Below are positions 25,482-39,646 of a stretch of DNA of 64,000 nt, piece by piece. Each line of letters begins with the position of its first letter. Position 1 is the stretch's first letter. Below the pieces are notes generated by a model. It saw only the letters and a list, made by a program, of their open reading frames with translations, was not told where the DNA came from and ran no database searches. The DNA is from Lytechinus pictus (lineage: Eukaryota). A program made the translations under genes and the position numbers. The stretch spans positions 5,644,001-5,708,000 of the forward strand of contig NC_087251.1 in the NCBI RefSeq assembly GCF_037042905.1. The letters are read 5' to 3'.

Positions 25482-27900
25482 TAGTCCAGGATAGGCCCCA
25501 TAGAAACTTGACCAAACCTTGTTTTTTTATATATACAATATTTTTTAATGGTTTCTTGTCAATTCGAGGGTGCTGATTACGAATCTGGATGATGCCACTC
25601 GTGTAACCTTGAGCATTTTCTGCAAATTGGCAAAATCCAATATGGCCGCCAAAATATGCAAATTACCCATGAAAATCCTAAAATTGTCCGCACATTGGCT
25701 ATGAAATGCATGAAATCGTGTGGCAGGAGTAAAATACTCTCTGAAAAAATAATTTTTCACAAAATATTTATTTTCCTGATATTCAAAATGGCCGCCATAG
25801 GCCATTGTATACTCTATTATGTACAATATGAATAGGGAAAATTAATTTTCACAAAAAATTAGCACTAAACCGCAAAAAATCGTGATGTATGAACGAAGTA
25901 ATATATGCAAATCATCATTACTACCGAGATATATCATTTGTTATGTTATATTGGGATATCGCTGTATTTTTATATCTAAAATAGCCGCCACTGGCCCAAA
26001 GAGGATGTACAATGGCAATGGCCGGGGCCAACTGAAAAAAAAATGACAAGAGTGAGCATTAAAATGCATATTATTAAGATAAAACGAGTGGAATGCTGAC
26101 TAAAAAAATCATTGCCATCATTGCCATTAATATGCCATTTATGTGATAAATGCTGTATTTTGACATTCAAAATGGCCGCCAGCCATAGGCCCTATATTTA
26201 TCGTGTCCAATGCGAATGGACAAACTAATTCTAACAAGAGTGAGAATCATAAAATGCATATAACTGTGATATATGAGTAAAAATATTGTCTTAAACCTGA
26301 TTTCTAACTAAATACATCACATATTGGTCGTGGAGGTAATAAATGCTGTACTTTGAAATCCAAAATGGCTGCCACCATAGGTCCTGTGTACATTGTAACA
26401 TGGGACATATAACTTTGACAGAATTTGGCTTTGCTTGACTCTAAATATTGCATATAATTGTGAATTGTGAATTGTGAAAGGGTGAAATATTGTCTAAAAC
26501 CATGGTTTCTACCGAGATATATCATATAATGTGTAATTAAGTTGATAAATGCTGCATTTTTAAATTGAAAATGGCCATCATAGGCCCTTATCGTATAATA
26601 TACAATTTGAGTGGAGATAAACGATGTTCACAAAATGGGCATATGGCAGGCATATTGAATGTTGAAATACAGTTTTTATCACCTAAATTACATAAGATAT
26701 GATATATTTTGTTATAAATCATGTTTTCAGACAATATTTCACACAAACATCACCATTTGGCCAAGCAAATCCAAAGTCTGTTGAAATAATTTGTTCCCTT
26801 TCATATTGTGCATAATACCATGTAAGGGCCTGTAGCGGCCATTTTGACTTTCCAATAACAGTATATAACAACTAACTGGCAGAATAAATGATATATCTTA
26901 ATAGAAATTATGCTTTCAGACAAAATTTTACTCATTGATCACTATTACGTGCATTTATGGTGCTCACTCCTGTGAATATTGGTTTCCCACTTTGCATTGT
27001 ACATAATACTGTTAATGTCTATGGCGGCCATTTTGAAAGTCAAAATACAGTATTTAACACAAACTTGAAACCTGAATGATATATTTCATTAGAAAATATG
27101 TTTTTAGACAGTATCCCATTAATTTATCACATATATATGCATTTTAGTGCTCTCTCTTGTGATTTCTGTGCTCCTCTTTCTCATTGTGCATAATACTTTT
27201 TAGGGCCTTTGGCAGCCATTTTGAATATCACAATATATAACATTCATCACATACATGGCATATTAATAATAAATTTCGTTAACAATTATGTTTTTAGTCA
27301 GTATTCAACTCGTTTAATCTTAATAATATGTATTTTAGTGATCACTCTTGTGAATTTTTTGGCCCCCATTGCCATTGTACGCAATACTGTTTGGGCCAGT
27401 GGCGGCTATTTTAGATATCAAAATACAGAAATGTTCCCATATATGATATACTAAATGATATATCTCGTTAGTAATGATGATTTGCATATATTACTTCGTT
27501 CATACATCGCGATTTTTTGCACTTTAGTACTAATTTTTGTGAAAATTAGTTTTCCCTATTCATATTGTACATAATAAAGTATACAAGGGCTTTTGGCGGC
27601 CATTTTGAATATCAGGAAAATAAATATTTTGTCAAAAGTTATTTTTTCAGAGAGTATTTCACTCCTGCCACACAATTTCATGCATTTCATAGCCAATGTG
27701 TGGACAATTTTAGGATTTTCATGGGTAATTTGCATATTTTGGCGGCCATATTGGATTTTGCCAATTTGCGGGAAATGCTCAAGGTTACACGAGTGGCATC
27801 ATTCAGATTCGGAATCAGCACCCTCGAATTGACAAGAAACCATCGAAAAGTATTGTATATATAAAAAAAAACAAGGTTATGCCTCTTCTATCCTGGACTA
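25482..27900. mobile_element. Fold-back non-autonomous DNA transposon, Academ-like, 2419 bp
   Basis: Termini TAGTCCAGGATAG / CTATCCTGGACTA, with TTC on both flanks. About 620 bp of clearly alignable TIR (the mirrored ORFs 25545-25826 and 27565-27864 are nearly identical). ~190-bp units mirrored about the centre. TAG..CTA ends, a short TSD and long TIRs are Academ traits. Confidence 0.75.
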
Positions 27901-28731
27901 TTCTTCTTCTTCTTAGATGGTTGACAGGGACATCACTATCATTAAAGTCTGTGTTCCACATCCGACTACAGTCGGCCAGTCTGAATCGTTTTGCATGATA
28001 CGATTACATCCTCGCATCGAGACCAAATTATGTTTTCAGTTATGGCGAGTACTTGGTCACGTGATACCTTTATTACGACCAATGAGATCTCTTCTTCTTT
28101 TAGTAGAGGCGCCATTGATTCGAATAGGGATTGAATGGATGCATGGAGCAGGTGAAGTTTATTAGAGTTCACAAAATAACATCGATTTCGACGTTTATAA
28201 GTGGAACTAGAATATACGATTCCCGACCAGTTTTCCATGGCGTTAACTTAGTATTCATAATGCCTTTTCATAACCCCCCCCCCCCCCCCCCCACAAAAAA
28301 AAATAAAATAATGGTGGGATTTAAACGAAATACGCTTTTTCGGTCACTTAAATGAAATAGAGAGTGGCGGTGAAAGGATGGGAAGAAAACTGTCGTCGAA
28401 GAAGTTTGGTATTGACAAGAAAAATCGAATTCAACCAGGCGAATTTTCGAGACAACCAGTCGCGTTTGTTAGTGAGAAGGTTGGGGGGTAAGCAAGGGGT
28501 CTAAAGGTTAGTAGGAAGGATCGATAGCCAAATATGTCTCCGTTTAGAGGGTAATAAAAGGATTCTCATTTTATGTTTATAGACTTCACATCGGGTACTC
28601 GACGAAATAAATTCATATATTTTGAAAATGATGATTTTCTTTTCTTTCTCCTTTTGTTTAAAGAACAAAATGCGCTCATTCAAGAGGGAGTTAACGCGAA
28701 TGGGCTTAATGAAGTCAATGAATTAGGTATT

Positions 28732-28781
28732 TGCTATCGGTTCTTACATGTTGGCCTGCTATCGGTTCTTACATGTTGGCC
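28732..28781. repeat. Perfect 25-bp tandem duplication
   Basis: TGCTATCGGTTCTTACATGTTGGCC x2. Confidence 0.9.
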
Positions 28782-31700
28782 AAAAGCATAGGTAGGAATA
28801 AAGTCACCTTGACCAAAAATTCATTCGCATTGTATTAAGGGTTCAGGGAACTGTTATTTAATACTTGACTACTTATTTATATTGTTCTTCATTTTCATTT
28901 ATCGAACTTCTTCCGATCTACATGTATCTTTACTCAACCTCGTTATCGTTAATATATTCATCGTCATCACTATCACCACTCACTGGATATTTCATTATGT
29001 ATGCTGCATGTATATGATTTAAATTTTATATTCGAAGGAATTCTCACCAAAATATGAATAGACCTACAGATGAATACTGATCGCGATTACTAGTACTACA
29101 GCTGAAAGCTGTAATCGAGTTGAATATTATTTCATAACCTTTGTAAATGCCTGTTATTACGCATTTCACTATAGTTTGTACAAAGGACAACATTTTAGAT
29201 TTAGCAAGGTGAACGTGATGAAATATATTAACGACGATCAAGGTCTTAAGTCATTAAGAAAGGAATAAAACCTGATACATTTGAAGGTGAATAATCGCTT
29301 TCATTTCCTTGAGGATGGCCTAAACGATTCATATAACATTCCCCGTGAGACTATCATGGTCAATGAGTTGTGTATTGCAGGTTGTATTAATCATTCTTTA
29401 TCAGAATAGTCATTTACGATGAATAGAAATTCTTTGGAATGTATGATCCTTCTTTAATAGTGAATGAGAATAAAATAGAGCCAGATTAATATTAATAAAT
29501 AAGTTTGTACATTGCTACGCATTTACATGAATCATTTTAGAAATACCTTTGTTAATCGATTAAACAATAAGTCTGAAGATCAGGTGAATTTTTTACAGAT
29601 TCCAACAAAATTATTCTCTTTATGTATCACTCTTAGCGAACATGGCAAACCTTGTCAGTATATAGGGGCAAACAAAATTAAAAAAGCAAAAGAAAGTAAT
29701 CTAAAATATGTCAGTGGGCATTCTGCTCCCCCATCAGATGACTCTTATGCTTTTATCTTACCTTTTCCCCCCTGTATTGTGTTACGCCACAATTGTTGAT
29801 ATTTCACTCTAACTGAATTCATTAGATGACACCCCGTGATGTAATTAACCAGTCATTCCAAACTTAAACAAGTGATCTGTGGTTGGCGACTAATCAAGGA
29901 AGCTAATGAAAGGTAAATTAATATCTACCCCCCCCCCCCTCACCCCCTCGTTCTGATACACTGTCTATTAATCCTCGTGGGAAAGAAAACACCTTCTGAC
30001 ATTGCAGACGGCATCACTTCATCATTTCCACGTTCGGGGTACCATTATCGCTCGCTAATATAATCACGCCAAGGGACTTTCTAATTGAACAATATTGAGA
30101 TGACAAACGTAATAGACTCTAAATAAGTTTCAGGTAGCCAGCTCCTATGCTGATTATGTAAACTATTATCCTTTCTTGTATTTTGAGTCGAGTTGTTGCC
30201 CTTTGGTTTTTGCTCGTGTGGTTTTTTTTATTCAGTTTTTTTAAGAAGTGACTGCTCTGCATCTTTTAAGATTTTAATGTATCATTTATCAATTAATGTC
30301 AAATTAAAATTAATTTTTTTGAAAAGTATAATGTGATATTCTGCATATTTCCATCTTTTCTAATGGTACCTATAGCATTCTGCGACATTATTTTTGAACA
30401 GATCAATACACCAACTTTATTAATGTAAACTTTCGAACTACCCATCAACAGATGTGCTCCAACAACACGAGTAGAAGTGAGTTCTATAGGCGTTGATATG
30501 TTTATTATCATTGCCTTATGGTATCATATTCTCATTACCCCGAATTTTGACTTCAACCGAATCAAAGGCAAAGAAAATTCACTTCATAAATGTTATAATT
30601 CATTTGGCCCTGCCCAAAAGGTGCACCAAATATTAAAGGATTTCTAATCCCCATACATTCTCGGGTCAGCAAATTGTAATCTACTTAAAACGAAATATAT
30701 ATTTAAAAAATTGCTTTAATATAATTAATTTACAACTTCAATAACTATGATTTATTGAAACTTGTCAAAGCAGAGGATAACACGCGATTGAAATATGCGC
30801 CATATGCGAGAAATAATAGAGATTGGAGCGAAAGGACTATCTGGTACTCAGCTTTTAGGATTTTATGCTCTCTGCATGAAAAAAAGAAACGCGGCGGTAA
30901 ATGCTGTGCTACTCATAATAGTTTGTCTTTAGTTTTTTTTTTTTTTCCATAGGCAATTAGATCATCATAATTAATCATAATCTATTAATGCACTGCATAA
31001 TACAATTTCAATAAAATATATGTGTTCACCTTCGAACTTTATTGGGCTTGTTCAAATGACAAAATGTACTATTTTATTTTGAACAAATAAAAGAACAATG
31101 CAAAACTTAAACTCGAATCGAATATACTGACAAATATCCTCCAGCTCTGATGGTCATTTTGCAATAGCGCCCTCATATCTTGGACGACAATGCACTTAAA
31201 CCTTTTCCATTTCAAACATAACTATCCTGTACATCTATTTTATTTAATAAAAATCGGTACGCCCTACGTGGTTTTGATACAAAAAATATATTCATGTATT
31301 GACGAATTAAGGCATGTTTCTAGTACTACCCCCCCCCCATCGCATTTTGAAAAAGGAACCCGAATTGCATCATGTTTTACATTTCAATCTTATCTGTATG
31401 TCAGGCAAGTATGATGACGTCAAGAATATTGGTTTTAACATGTTTAATGTATGCACCAAAGCCAGTTCGCCACTCTATAACATGAAATTGCACCCCTGCA
31501 TACCAATGAAGATATTTCACATGTTGACTGAATTGATACATTTCAGTCAATTACAATAATGAAACAATATATGAAATCTTCTACATGTATTTAGTATTGT
31601 ATCGTCGGCTATGTATTATGTATATTTTCTTCTCCATCATAGTTAAGGGAATCGTTCCGTAATATTAACACTCATGATTATTATGACATAAGCATGTAAA

Positions 31701-32302
31701 GAGATGGCAATATTTACCACATGCATTTCAATTCTAATCAAATAAATATTTATCAACCATATGAAAAGCAATCAATCACTGACCTTTAGCATACATACGA
31801 AAGGCGCACGTACCAGTAAAGGCAACATGGGACAAATTAATAGCGATTTCTAATTGTGTTAATAATTGATTGGATTGTGTTTGATATGACCGTCATCATA
31901 TGGTGATGAATAGTGCGATCACGCCCAGTCACGGTATATGACAAGGAGATCGAGTGACCTTGTGCTGTCACGATTGCAGACACGAACATGACAAAGTTAC
32001 ATCGCGTTATCTCAGGCATCAAAGATGAGTTTATAATCCTTTCCCCCACACCCCCTCTTTTCGCTCTCCCTTTCTTTCAAAATCTAATTCTAGTCACAAA
32101 CTATATTTTAATTTATTTTTCTCTCAAACGTTTTCTATATTGCCTTCTTCTTGTCAACTGATGTATCATTGTTCAACTTGGAAAAAAGACAATGAGAAAT
32201 GTGATAATGCCGGTGTATTATAGGGAGAATTATTTTTGTATAAAGTTGAAATGGAATTATTTATAGCTTGTGATGTGACAATGATAACCTGTTGTATAAA
32301 GT

Positions 32303-32920
32303 CACTGGCGTACAAATAGGGAACTCTGCCCACCCCACCTCACCCCCCAAAAAAAATCAAAGAACAAGAAAATAGGGAAAGGGGAAAAAGAACAGAAAGG
32401 AAAAGGGGTTAAACATGATTTATATATAATACATAGGCGGGGTCGAGCCCCCCCCCCCCCCCTATTGGCGGAGCAAAAAAAGAAAAAAGGGGGAAAGAAA
32501 GAAAAAGAGAAAAAGAAGGGAAAAGAGGGGAGAAAAAGGAAGGGGAAACATAAAAAAACGAGTGAATAAAATAAGATGAGGGGAAGACTTTAAAACAAAA
32601 ATATTTAATGGCACTTTATAAAATTGTCGCTCGCGCTTCGCGCTCGCATTGCCTTTTAGGTGATTTACATATTTTGCTAAAAATACCAAATTTTGAAGTC
32701 AATATTTCAGCAACACATTTCAGCTCGGAAACGAACTTTCTTTTTTTTTTTTTTTACAAATTGATTTTTAAAAAGTGTTTTGTAAAAATGTATGTTTTAT
32801 GGGCTGAATATTAACATTTTCTGCTCGCGCTGCGCGCTCGCAAGATTTTATTTGTCAGGTACCTATTATTTTGCTCTATTCCATAAAGTTCTCGAAATAT
32901 CACTTTTCAGGTCAGAGTGT
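32303..32920. mobile_element. Fragments of hAT-like non-autonomous elements
   Basis: Start-like sequences CACTGGCGTAC (32303) and CATAGGCGG (32432), poly-C, purine tracts and GCTCGCGCTTCGCGCTCGCA motifs as in the other hAT-like elements. No matching right end found. Confidence 0.5.
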
Positions 32921-35900
32921 CAAAACGTATTAATTCTTGATGGAGCAAGTAAGAGATGCTTGTCTTGGTGTTCGGGGGTAGAATTAAAACAAAACACAGC
33001 AGACAACATAAAGCAGCTCTCGAACACTTAAGCGAACAACTCTTGACAACTTCAATTCACCATATTACACAAGCGAGTTTAGTGAATGTAGAGTTCAAAG
33101 TACTTTGTTATTCATCACATGCATTCTTGTGTCAACATTGACATTAATAGGCGACTAGCTCTTTAAGAAGATGCGAGCCAATGGAGAAGTAAATTGATAG
33201 AGGGTAATTTTCCGAGGATTTCAGGAAAATTTTCGCCTTGTAATCCGTTAATTCAACAATTCGTTCTTGGTTTATATTTTTGTCATGACACACAATAATA
33301 ACCTCGACATCGTGTTGACTTGTACATGACCTTTAGTTCTGCTTGCTCGTTTGTCACGAGGTCATTGCACTATTGGTGATGTTGATGTGAGACCCTCGCG
33401 TCATAACAAATGATAGTCTTCATTCAAGGATGTCTGCATCACGTTCATCGTTCTCTATGTCAATGAATCATCAATCTTAGTTCATAATCGAATGCAACAC
33501 TGGTGTGTCCATTATTTCAGATTTTTTATATTTGTCGTAACTCATACGCAAGCATGATTACGATTAAACGGACTTAATGTCACGTTCTTATATCATTAAG
33601 TAGCTGTTAATCATCCTAAAGCCTCCTCCCTTTCTCCTGCACTTGTGTTCTCCTTCCCCATCTCTTTCTCCCCCTCTTTTCCTTTAACATAAAATCATTT
33701 TTATTTCCTTCTAACGAGTCAGGCGACCTTTCGTTATAGTTAGTATCACTCCCTTGCTCTGAGACCTTTCAGAAGTAGGTGTAACTACCTTTCTTGCAGT
33801 AAGTTATCTTTTCTCGTTATTGTTGTGACACATCCTGTGTGTTGTATTGTGGCTTGGTTACCCCTGTGTCGCTTGGTTTCTTTTCCTGTTGTTGTTCCCA
33901 AGATACTTCCGTACTTACGAATGCGATCAGTTAAACCTTGGTAGTATGGTTCTTTGTTACCAATAACACAAATCATCCATCCAGACTAAAGAGGTATATA
34001 ATTCATTTTTAAATTCATGTACGAGCCAAACTATCAATATTTTGGTTAGGGTTAATGAGGGAACTAGAGCTCGGGTAGGCCCGCATTAATAAGGAGAATG
34101 AAACCCTTTGAACAATTAATGTGAGCGAGCGAAACGATCGGTGGTTTCCAGGTTGCAATCTTACACAGGTCTGGAAAACTCCGGAAAATCATTTCTCTGT
34201 GTGAAAAGTGTGAAAATAATTGAAACAGAGTGACAACTGAACTAAACAGTTAAACATATTTCAATTTGGGGCAGCTAACCGTCTCCCTTCATTATTAATA
34301 ATTAATATATTACTTGCATTCATTCTTTTCTTACACAGCACCGTTGACGGGGGAATTGTTCAATTCAATTACCCCATCCATTCTCGAATTGACTGTAATT
34401 TCTATTTTTTTTTAAGATAATTTCAATTATTTTTCATTTGTCAGATCTCTTTAATAAGAAAAAAGAAAATCAATGTATTTGTATGAAAAAGGGAATCATG
34501 AAAAGAAAAGAGACACTGCTTTGATATAAACGAAAAGAAAAACATTGAAGAAAGAGAAAATTTGAATACTTAAACCACACTTTCATTTTCTATTCTCTCA
34601 AATGTTCACCTCTTTTTGAAATATCGTTTCTTTCCTTATGAAAGTTATAAGAGAAATGGGTAGGGGCGTCGTCCCTAAATCCCCTGTAGATCAGCCATTG
34701 TCACGTCATAATAAATTTTCATATCATATGAAAATGGAAAATGAATTAACAGTTTTAATTATATTTTAAATTATCTAGACGATGTGACATTATGCAGATT
34801 CTATAATAACTTTCTATAAAGGAGTAATCATTTCAGATGAACATCGATATCATCATAATACTCACCCAAAATTTAAAAGAAGCTTTCATGCAATAGTGAA
34901 ACATAGGTCTAATGATGATTACCAATCTTAAGACAATATCACTAATTTCTATAATGTCTTGTCATTGAGTTGTCAAAGCAACTAACATAAACTATTATTA
35001 CGGGACTCTCGTTTTGCACTTTAATGTTTTCAAGTGTTTGTTTTGAATTTTCAGCTCTATTATTGTTCCCATTATAAATTTAATTTCATAAGTGGAACAA
35101 TTAACAATACTTGAAAATGCAATGTGCTTCCTAATAAGAACAGTGACTCATTTCCTTAATACGTAACATCATTTTTTGTTAAGTTTGATGGATGGGCTAG
35201 GATGAAGGGTGGGGTGAAGATGACCGGGAAAAAGAGACAGATGAACAGTGAGAAAGATACATAGCGACGGACAGGGGGCATGCAGAGAGAGACAGAAATG
35301 CATACTAGTACATGCTTGGCTGTGAGAGGAAGAGGGGGGGGGGGGGCAGAAACGTAGAGGCGTTTCAACTTCATATGGTGTTGACATGATCTTGAGATGG
35401 GTGGGTGTAGCAAACTATATTAATAAAGCATGATATCATTATGATATCACCCTCCTGCTATTCGAAAGCTACTACGTAGCATGTCACGTGACCGTTGGTT
35501 GACAGGAAGTTGATCTCTCTGAAGTCCCTGGATGGAGACGTGACGTGCTTAGTGGTGTTACCCTGCTTATGCCTTGCCGATTTCCGGAATATTTATAAAC
35601 ATTAACAAATCGTTCCATGTAGTACAACCTGTCTATACCAATTCCAAACACATATTTGCGAGTAAGTTAAATGTAAGTCAGCACCTTAATATAGTCATAT
35701 CACCTTTGTCCTATATATTTTCAAAGAGCTGAGTGTGTATTGCGAAATGCTACTAAAATGTGGGGAAACAATATTGTAAAATATGGATGCTGAGATTCCA
35801 TCAAAATAACAATAAAGGATATTTACAGGCATGACAAGATGGGGTGGCGCTAAACGAGGCAGGGACGGCAACCCCCTTAGAGTATTCAAGCAGTGAAATG

Positions 35901-36404
35901 AAAGGGAGAATTGAGGTAGGAAAAAAGGAGTAGGAAGAAAAATAGAAGAAGAGTATAATAATGAGAGGCTGTTCGTTTCAAGTGCTGTTCCATCACCCAA
36001 AGTTTCCAAAATCTGTGGGGGAAAGATTTTATCAACTCGCCCTGTCGGTTATGGAACAGCCTTACTGTAGACTCTAAAACATGTTTAACTTCTGAAACTT
36101 AAAAAAGATCACCTAAAACATTTTTGTTCAATGCCTTGAGCATTCCAGAGAGTGCATTTGGCGCGGTACAAGTCATATCTATTCTTCTTCTTCTTCTCCT
36201 TCTTCTTCTTCTTCTTATTATTATTATTTTTATTATCATAATTATTATTATTATTATTATCATCATCATCATCATTATCATATTTTGGTAAAGGATGCAC
36301 ATTACCGCTTCATTAATTTCATAAAGACGCTCGTTTGCGTGTTTTTGTATAAAACATGCATTCTCCCATTTTATTTACCACTGATTTTTAGGTACATTTG
36401 GTCC

Positions 36405-37278
36405 TCAACCCTAACTTACCGGGTGGCCTTGTCACCCTCCCCCCCCCCCTCGACATTTTTCGCGATATATCCGCTGCACGAAATTTTTTGACCGCGCCGC
36501 TCGCTGACTTTTACCTCAAGTCTCGCGCAACTTTTGAGACCGATTTTCAATTTTGTGGCGGGCACGTCCGCACGTGTCACTGTATTTATGTTTTATTTCT
36601 TATTGCTTACATGTATATCTATGTAAATTATTATTTTATTATGTAATTGTCAAAATTTGTAAGTCTATCATTTATTTTTGTTTTTGTTTATACGCATTAT
36701 GTTTACTGTGATTTATGTATTGAATTATCAATAAATGCAAAAACACCTGCCAAAAAAGTGTAAGTGCAAGTCAGACCAAATTGCTCAAAAACATAATTAT
36801 ATATCACGTACAAACTAAATACAAAATCTGTTTCATCTAAAATTCGTAAATGAGTGATTTTTCTCACTTTTATTGACAAAAGTCATTTGATTTGATGCTA
36901 TTCTTGACTTTAATAATGTCCCAGACAAAGTTTGCCCAAAAAATAGAAATAAAAAGATGATAAAACAAGGAAATACATAAGATACTTAAAAAACAATAAA
37001 ATATATAAGAAATTGATTTTGGTAGCGGAATTTTTTTGTAATTATTGGGAATGCCACAAAAAAATAAAAAAAGAAATTGGTTTATAGGAGCTTTATTTAG
37101 TGAATTAAAGCAAAAAAGTGTGATTTCATAAATAATTTAGCATAATTACTTCATATTAAAAAATGTATGAATTTTGTACAATTTACCTATGCAATGGCGT
37201 AGATTGTGTCATTCTTTACCTTTTCAAATTTTACCAAATTTTCGTCGCGATCGTTCGAGATCTTAAGGGGGCCTGAAA
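36405..37278. mobile_element. Possible degenerate piggyBac-like non-autonomous element
   Basis: TCAA|CCCT start followed by a GC-rich subterminal block, an AT-rich body and a GC-rich block at ~37244-37275. No intact right TIR. Confidence 0.35.
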
Positions 37279-39575
37279 TTAATTATTATGTCTTCTTTTA
37301 AGGAATAAGATGTTCATGCTGCAAAACAATTTCCTCAAAGATACCATATATTGGTAAGGTATTTTATTGCCATCAAAGTACAATGACATATCAGGGTACG
37401 TCACAATGACGGGAATGTACATGCTTACGTAGATAATTTATCTTAATAGCAATCATTGGGTCATAAAACGATAATGAAATCGCCATCAGTTTTCCCCCTT
37501 TCGGCTTTTGATATTCCATCAGAAATAAGTATCAAGTGTCGTTTATAGATGCCGTACGTTATTCATGCAGTTCCCATTATCACAGTTTCTTTAAGAATTA
37601 TTATAGCCTGCTCTTACCATATACGATCTCCGAACGTAACCAGAGTTTTCTAATCTTCCAATTAGAATTTATTGTTCTGACAATAGTAACTGCTTTAATC
37701 TTCATCATAATCATTATACTACAATTAGATTATTATATTTCTACAATGATAATACTTCCAATGAAATCGACATTGATGAAAAACCCCATTCATTCATGCT
37801 CATGTAATACATGCACACTCATCTTCAATTATTGTTTGATTGCTTAACTCTGTAATAATGACATTAGACCCATATTCCAAACAATGACCCACTTTTCTTT
37901 TGTATGAATAGCGGTCCTTAAAGTATGGGAAATTAAAATAGCAGTTCTAATGATTATGAATTGTACACAATGAGATATTTATTTCAGTAAAATAGAGGTC
38001 GTGAACGGTGAATTAAACCTCTTGAAAATGATAGCACAGTAAGGAAAAGAAGATAGATTATGTCCGGTCATGTGCACTTTTGATTTGTAGCTTCAGGTGG
38101 TGTTTGTGTCCATTCTTAGGATCGCTCGGAGATGTCTCCATCATTATACGACTCCAGGGATACTTCAGTCGGGTGGATTTCAAAAGTCTTACCGAGGGTA
38201 ATAAAAAAATTTGATTGCAATGAACAACCAATGACCATAATAGCTAGTAGGTGATAAGTGTGGCCACTTAAGTTATCATTGCTTGTCTAGGGGCAAGATG
38301 AAGAACTGAGGATCGGGGAGGAGGTCATCATTTGGTATCGTGTCGAAATACAAGGCTTCTGGAAAGGGCGTCCGCACCCCCAGGTAAAGGAGTTTCTAAG
38401 TGATGAAAAAAGGAAGAGATTTAAAAGATGAAATGAGGAAGAAAAGGAATAAATAAATAAATATATGAATATATTTAGATTAATAAATAAATAAAGGAAA
38501 ATAAATAGTATTGATATGATATGGTTCGGTCATGATTATTTGTGTAACTATTATGTTACCCCTTTCACTTAAAATGAAGACTACTCATCTTCGAGATATC
38601 CCCATATCGTCAGTAGATGTAGATTTAGTTGAGACATCGTGCATTTTTATTTCTTTTGGACAAAAAGTAATATGTAGACTCAAATATTTGTGAAGAAAGT
38701 ATGTTTTGCAAACTTGTCATGTCACGCAATGCTTATAGTGAAATGATTAACGCATTCAACCTCAATAAAACAATAATTAGTCTGACAGACGAAGTGATGA
38801 AATTGAGCAGGCGTCGAGTTTGCCCTCAAGTTTAACGCCCTTACAAAATTGAGGCGCTAACAACAAACGAAACCTGGAACGTAAAATAAATCATCTCCAT
38901 TTATGTTTCAGCTTGGTTTCCTATATCTGCAGAGATTAATTTTCCGCTAAACAGTCAAAGGATGGGTCAAGGGGAGAATTGATTGCATTTTGGCGCTCTT
39001 GAAACATGCCGGTGAAAAAAAAGACATGTGGAAGATAATAGACGCGGGCTATACGACCCGAAACATATTTAGTTGGAGTATAAGGCTCCGTCGCCGAGAT
39101 GGCGTCGAGGTTTTCGCCGGAACTCGTTCTGTGATGGCCCCCGGCGACACGGCATGGAGACTTCTAGTTGATCCCTATCAAATAACTGTCTGCTAAACAT
39201 CATGAGCAAAATACTGGAGTCGGAGACAAGACAAAATCCTTGTACTTTAGAGGTAATCAGCCCCTTAAGATTTCGCTCCTACACCCACACAATGTTAACC
39301 ACAGGGCGGAAGAAGCGACAGAACGGGGTAATGATCGTGTTAAAAGATACAATAATTACACTTAATCTAACAGTGTGAGACACTTTTGATGCTTAAAAAG
39401 CCACTTATTGGCATGTTCGTGAAGTTACTTTGGAACCCTTGATACAATGTCTTCTCATTATTATAGTGATCTCACTCGGAATACTTCTTTCTCTCTCACA
39501 CACTCTGATATCTAACTAAATAATAATGGCGACATCTTTTCCATCCATTGCTTTATCCTACGAGACAATTGCGAA

Positions 39576-39646
<71 letters not shown>

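Noticed and set aside
25545..27864. Two near-identical ORFs on opposite strands (25545-25826, 27565-27864) as duplicated genes
   Set aside because: They are chance frames within the TIRs of the fold-back element.
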